A stretch of 61,251 nucleotides of DNA, filler included. It is 6 parts of 6 records of this genome, joined end to end, with 100 filler letters (N's around TTAATTAATTAA, not from the genome) between each part and the next. Parts side by side here need not be neighbours in the genome. Positions count along the whole stretch, not along the records: positions 56,165 to 61,251 come from SRR31156797_8230; 5 more parts are not named here. The stretch is one strand, 5' to 3'. The notes beneath the pieces are model-generated. The model ran no database searches and had not been told where the DNA came from. It saw nothing but the letters and a program-made list of their open reading frames with translations. The position numbers and the translations under genes are program-made. This document shows positions 60,034 through 61,251 of this stretch, piece by piece. How positions within the stretch are numbered: the first letter of the stretch is position 1; every line of letters begins with the position of its first letter.

Positions 60034-60432
60034 TTACCATACTTTACAGATAATTTCGCCGCCTACATTCATCTCTCTTGCTTTAGCGTCAGTCATAACA
60101 CCACGAGATGTAGACACAATAGAAACACCCAGTCCTCTACGGATGTATGGAATTTCCTTGGCCTGCGAATAAACTCTTCTGCCTGGCTTACTTACTTTCT
60201 CGATCTTTGTAATAACACTTTTTCCGTTGAAATATTTAATATCAACAGAAACTGTTTTCTTTCCTTCGATCTCATTTATTCTGAAATCTTTAATGTAACC
60301 TTCTTCCTTAAGCACTCTTGATACTTCCTCAATGATTTTTGATGAGGGAATACCAGATACGTTTTCCTTTGCCGCAAGGATACCATTTCTGATCCTTGTA
60401 AGGTAGTTGGAAACCAAATCACTCATTGTCAT
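60034..60432 (-). CDS. rpsH: 30S ribosomal protein S8
   Basis: LTRIRNG, LKEEGYI, SKPGRRVY, STSRGVMTD. Confidence 0.96.
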   Translation of the reverse strand: MTMSDLVSNYLTRIRNGILAAKENVSGIPSSKIIEEVSRVLKEEGYIKDFRINEIEGKKTVSVDIKYFNGKSVITKIEKVSKPGRRVYSQAKEIPYIRRGLGVSIVSTSRGVMTDAKAREMNVGGEIICKVW

Positions 60433-60449
60433 AGTTCACCTCGTTTATT

Positions 60450-60635
60450 TTACCAACTTGACTTGGTAACTCCGGGAATCATTCCCTCGTTTGCAAGTTT
60501 TCTGAAACATATTCTACACATGTTGAATCTTCTAAGAAACGCTCTTGGTCTTCCACAGACAGGGCATCTATTATAAGATCTTACCTTGAACTTAGGCTTT
60601 CTTTCTGCCTTAATTCTAATACTTTTTTTAGCCAA
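60450..60635 (-). CDS. rpsN: 30S ribosomal protein S14 (type Z, Zn-binding)
   Basis: 61 aa with RCPVCGRPR...CRICFR. Confidence 0.96.
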   Translation of the reverse strand: MAKKSIRIKAERKPKFKVRSYNRCPVCGRPRAFLRRFNMCRICFRKLANEGMIPGVTKSSW

Positions 60636-60657
60636 TTCGACCTCCTCTTATTACGAT

Positions 60658-61209
60658 CTAACTGTTAAAAGGCATCTTGAACTTAGAAAGAAGCAGCTTT
60701 GCATCTTTATCGTTCGTAGCAGTTGTAACTATTGTCACGTTAAAACCCTTTGATTTTTCAACTTTGTTGAAATCAACTTCTGGGAAGATGAAGAAATCTT
60801 TAATACCTAAAGTATAGTTACCTCTTCCATCAAAACCTTTACCGGAAATACCTCTGAAATCCTTGACTCTTGGAAGCGCAATGTTCACAAGATGATCAAA
60901 GAAGTCATACATCCTTGTTTTGCGAAGAATAACTGAAGTACCTATAGGCATTCCTTCTCTAAGCTTAAACGTAGCAATTGACTTTTTAGCCTTATTTACA
61001 ACAGGCTTTTGTCCAACGATAGTCATGAGCTCCTTCTGAGCATCTTCAAGAACTTTCTTGTTAGCGATAGCTTCACCTACACCCATGTTCACAACGATCT
61101 TTTCGATCTTTGGAACGGCCATAGTGTTAACGCCGAGCTCCTTCTGAAGAGCAGGCTTAATTTCTTTTTCGTACTGTTCTTCAAGTCTATTTTTGTACTT
61201 TTCGCTCAT
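60658..61209 (-). CDS. rplE: 50S ribosomal protein L5
   Basis: [36 protein letters not shown]. Confidence 0.96.
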   Translation of the reverse strand: MSEKYKNRLEEQYEKEIKPALQKELGVNTMAVPKIEKIVVNMGVGEAIANKKVLEDAQKELMTIVGQKPVVNKAKKSIATFKLREGMPIGTSVILRKTRMYDFFDHLVNIALPRVKDFRGISGKGFDGRGNYTLGIKDFFIFPEVDFNKVEKSKGFNVTIVTTATNDKDAKLLLSKFKMPFNS

Positions 61210-61220
61210 TTACTTCTCCG

Positions 61221-61251
61221 TTAATCCACAATTTCGCCGGTCTTTTTACAG
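61221..61251 (-). CDS. rplX: 50S ribosomal protein L24, last codons
   Basis: CKKTGEIVD* immediately upstream of rplE, the canonical position. Confidence 0.7.
   Translation of the reverse strand, partial: CKKTGEIVD

Overview
The window is not one locus. It is six contigs joined by artificial 100-nt spacers (N-run, TTAATTAATTAA, N-run) at 16732-16831, 27399-27498, 41363-41462, 50746-50845 and 56065-56164, so gene neighbourhood has meaning only within a contig. Contig 1 (1-16731) and contig 2 (16832-27398) look like Desulfobacterota-type housekeeping DNA. They carry acetoacetate-CoA ligase, tRNA-Val, rluB-scpB-scpA-trpS, a DHH/CBS tRNA nucleotidyltransferase, dksA, dnaJ, rpoZ, comM, a TAXI-TRAP transporter, lepA and valS, plus a few AT-rich additions (a GT4-GT2 fusion and two GFA-family genes). 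Contig 3 (27499-41362, very AT-rich) holds a compact six-gene glycosylation operon: an output-less Cache-type membrane sensor, a 1487-aa GT-C-like membrane protein, a pseudo-receiver/GT2 fusion, a flippase, a GT4 and a GT2. A diguanylate cyclase follows it. Contig 4 (41463-50745, AT-rich, probably Fusobacteriota judging by its HU sequence) starts with a damaged tmRNA 3' end. It then runs through a cassette-like array: related sigma70 promoter, unrelated cargo gene, conserved hairpin, oppositely oriented remnant of a phage antirepressor (KilAC) gene. The hairpin/remnant unit occurs four times. Next come a REP-associated tyrosine transposase with GTAC-footed REPs (one inside its own CDS), a truncated nucleotidyltransferase and a Fic gene. 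Contig 5 is Arcobacter-like (trxA, two HxlR regulators, YhdH reductase, a hydrolase and a TPS exoprotein). Contig 6 is a spc/alpha ribosomal operon that lacks rpmD, adk and map. The best candidates for an undescribed system are the contig-4 array and the contig-3 sensor-coupled glycosylation operon. All family assignments come from motif recognition by eye; no searches were run.
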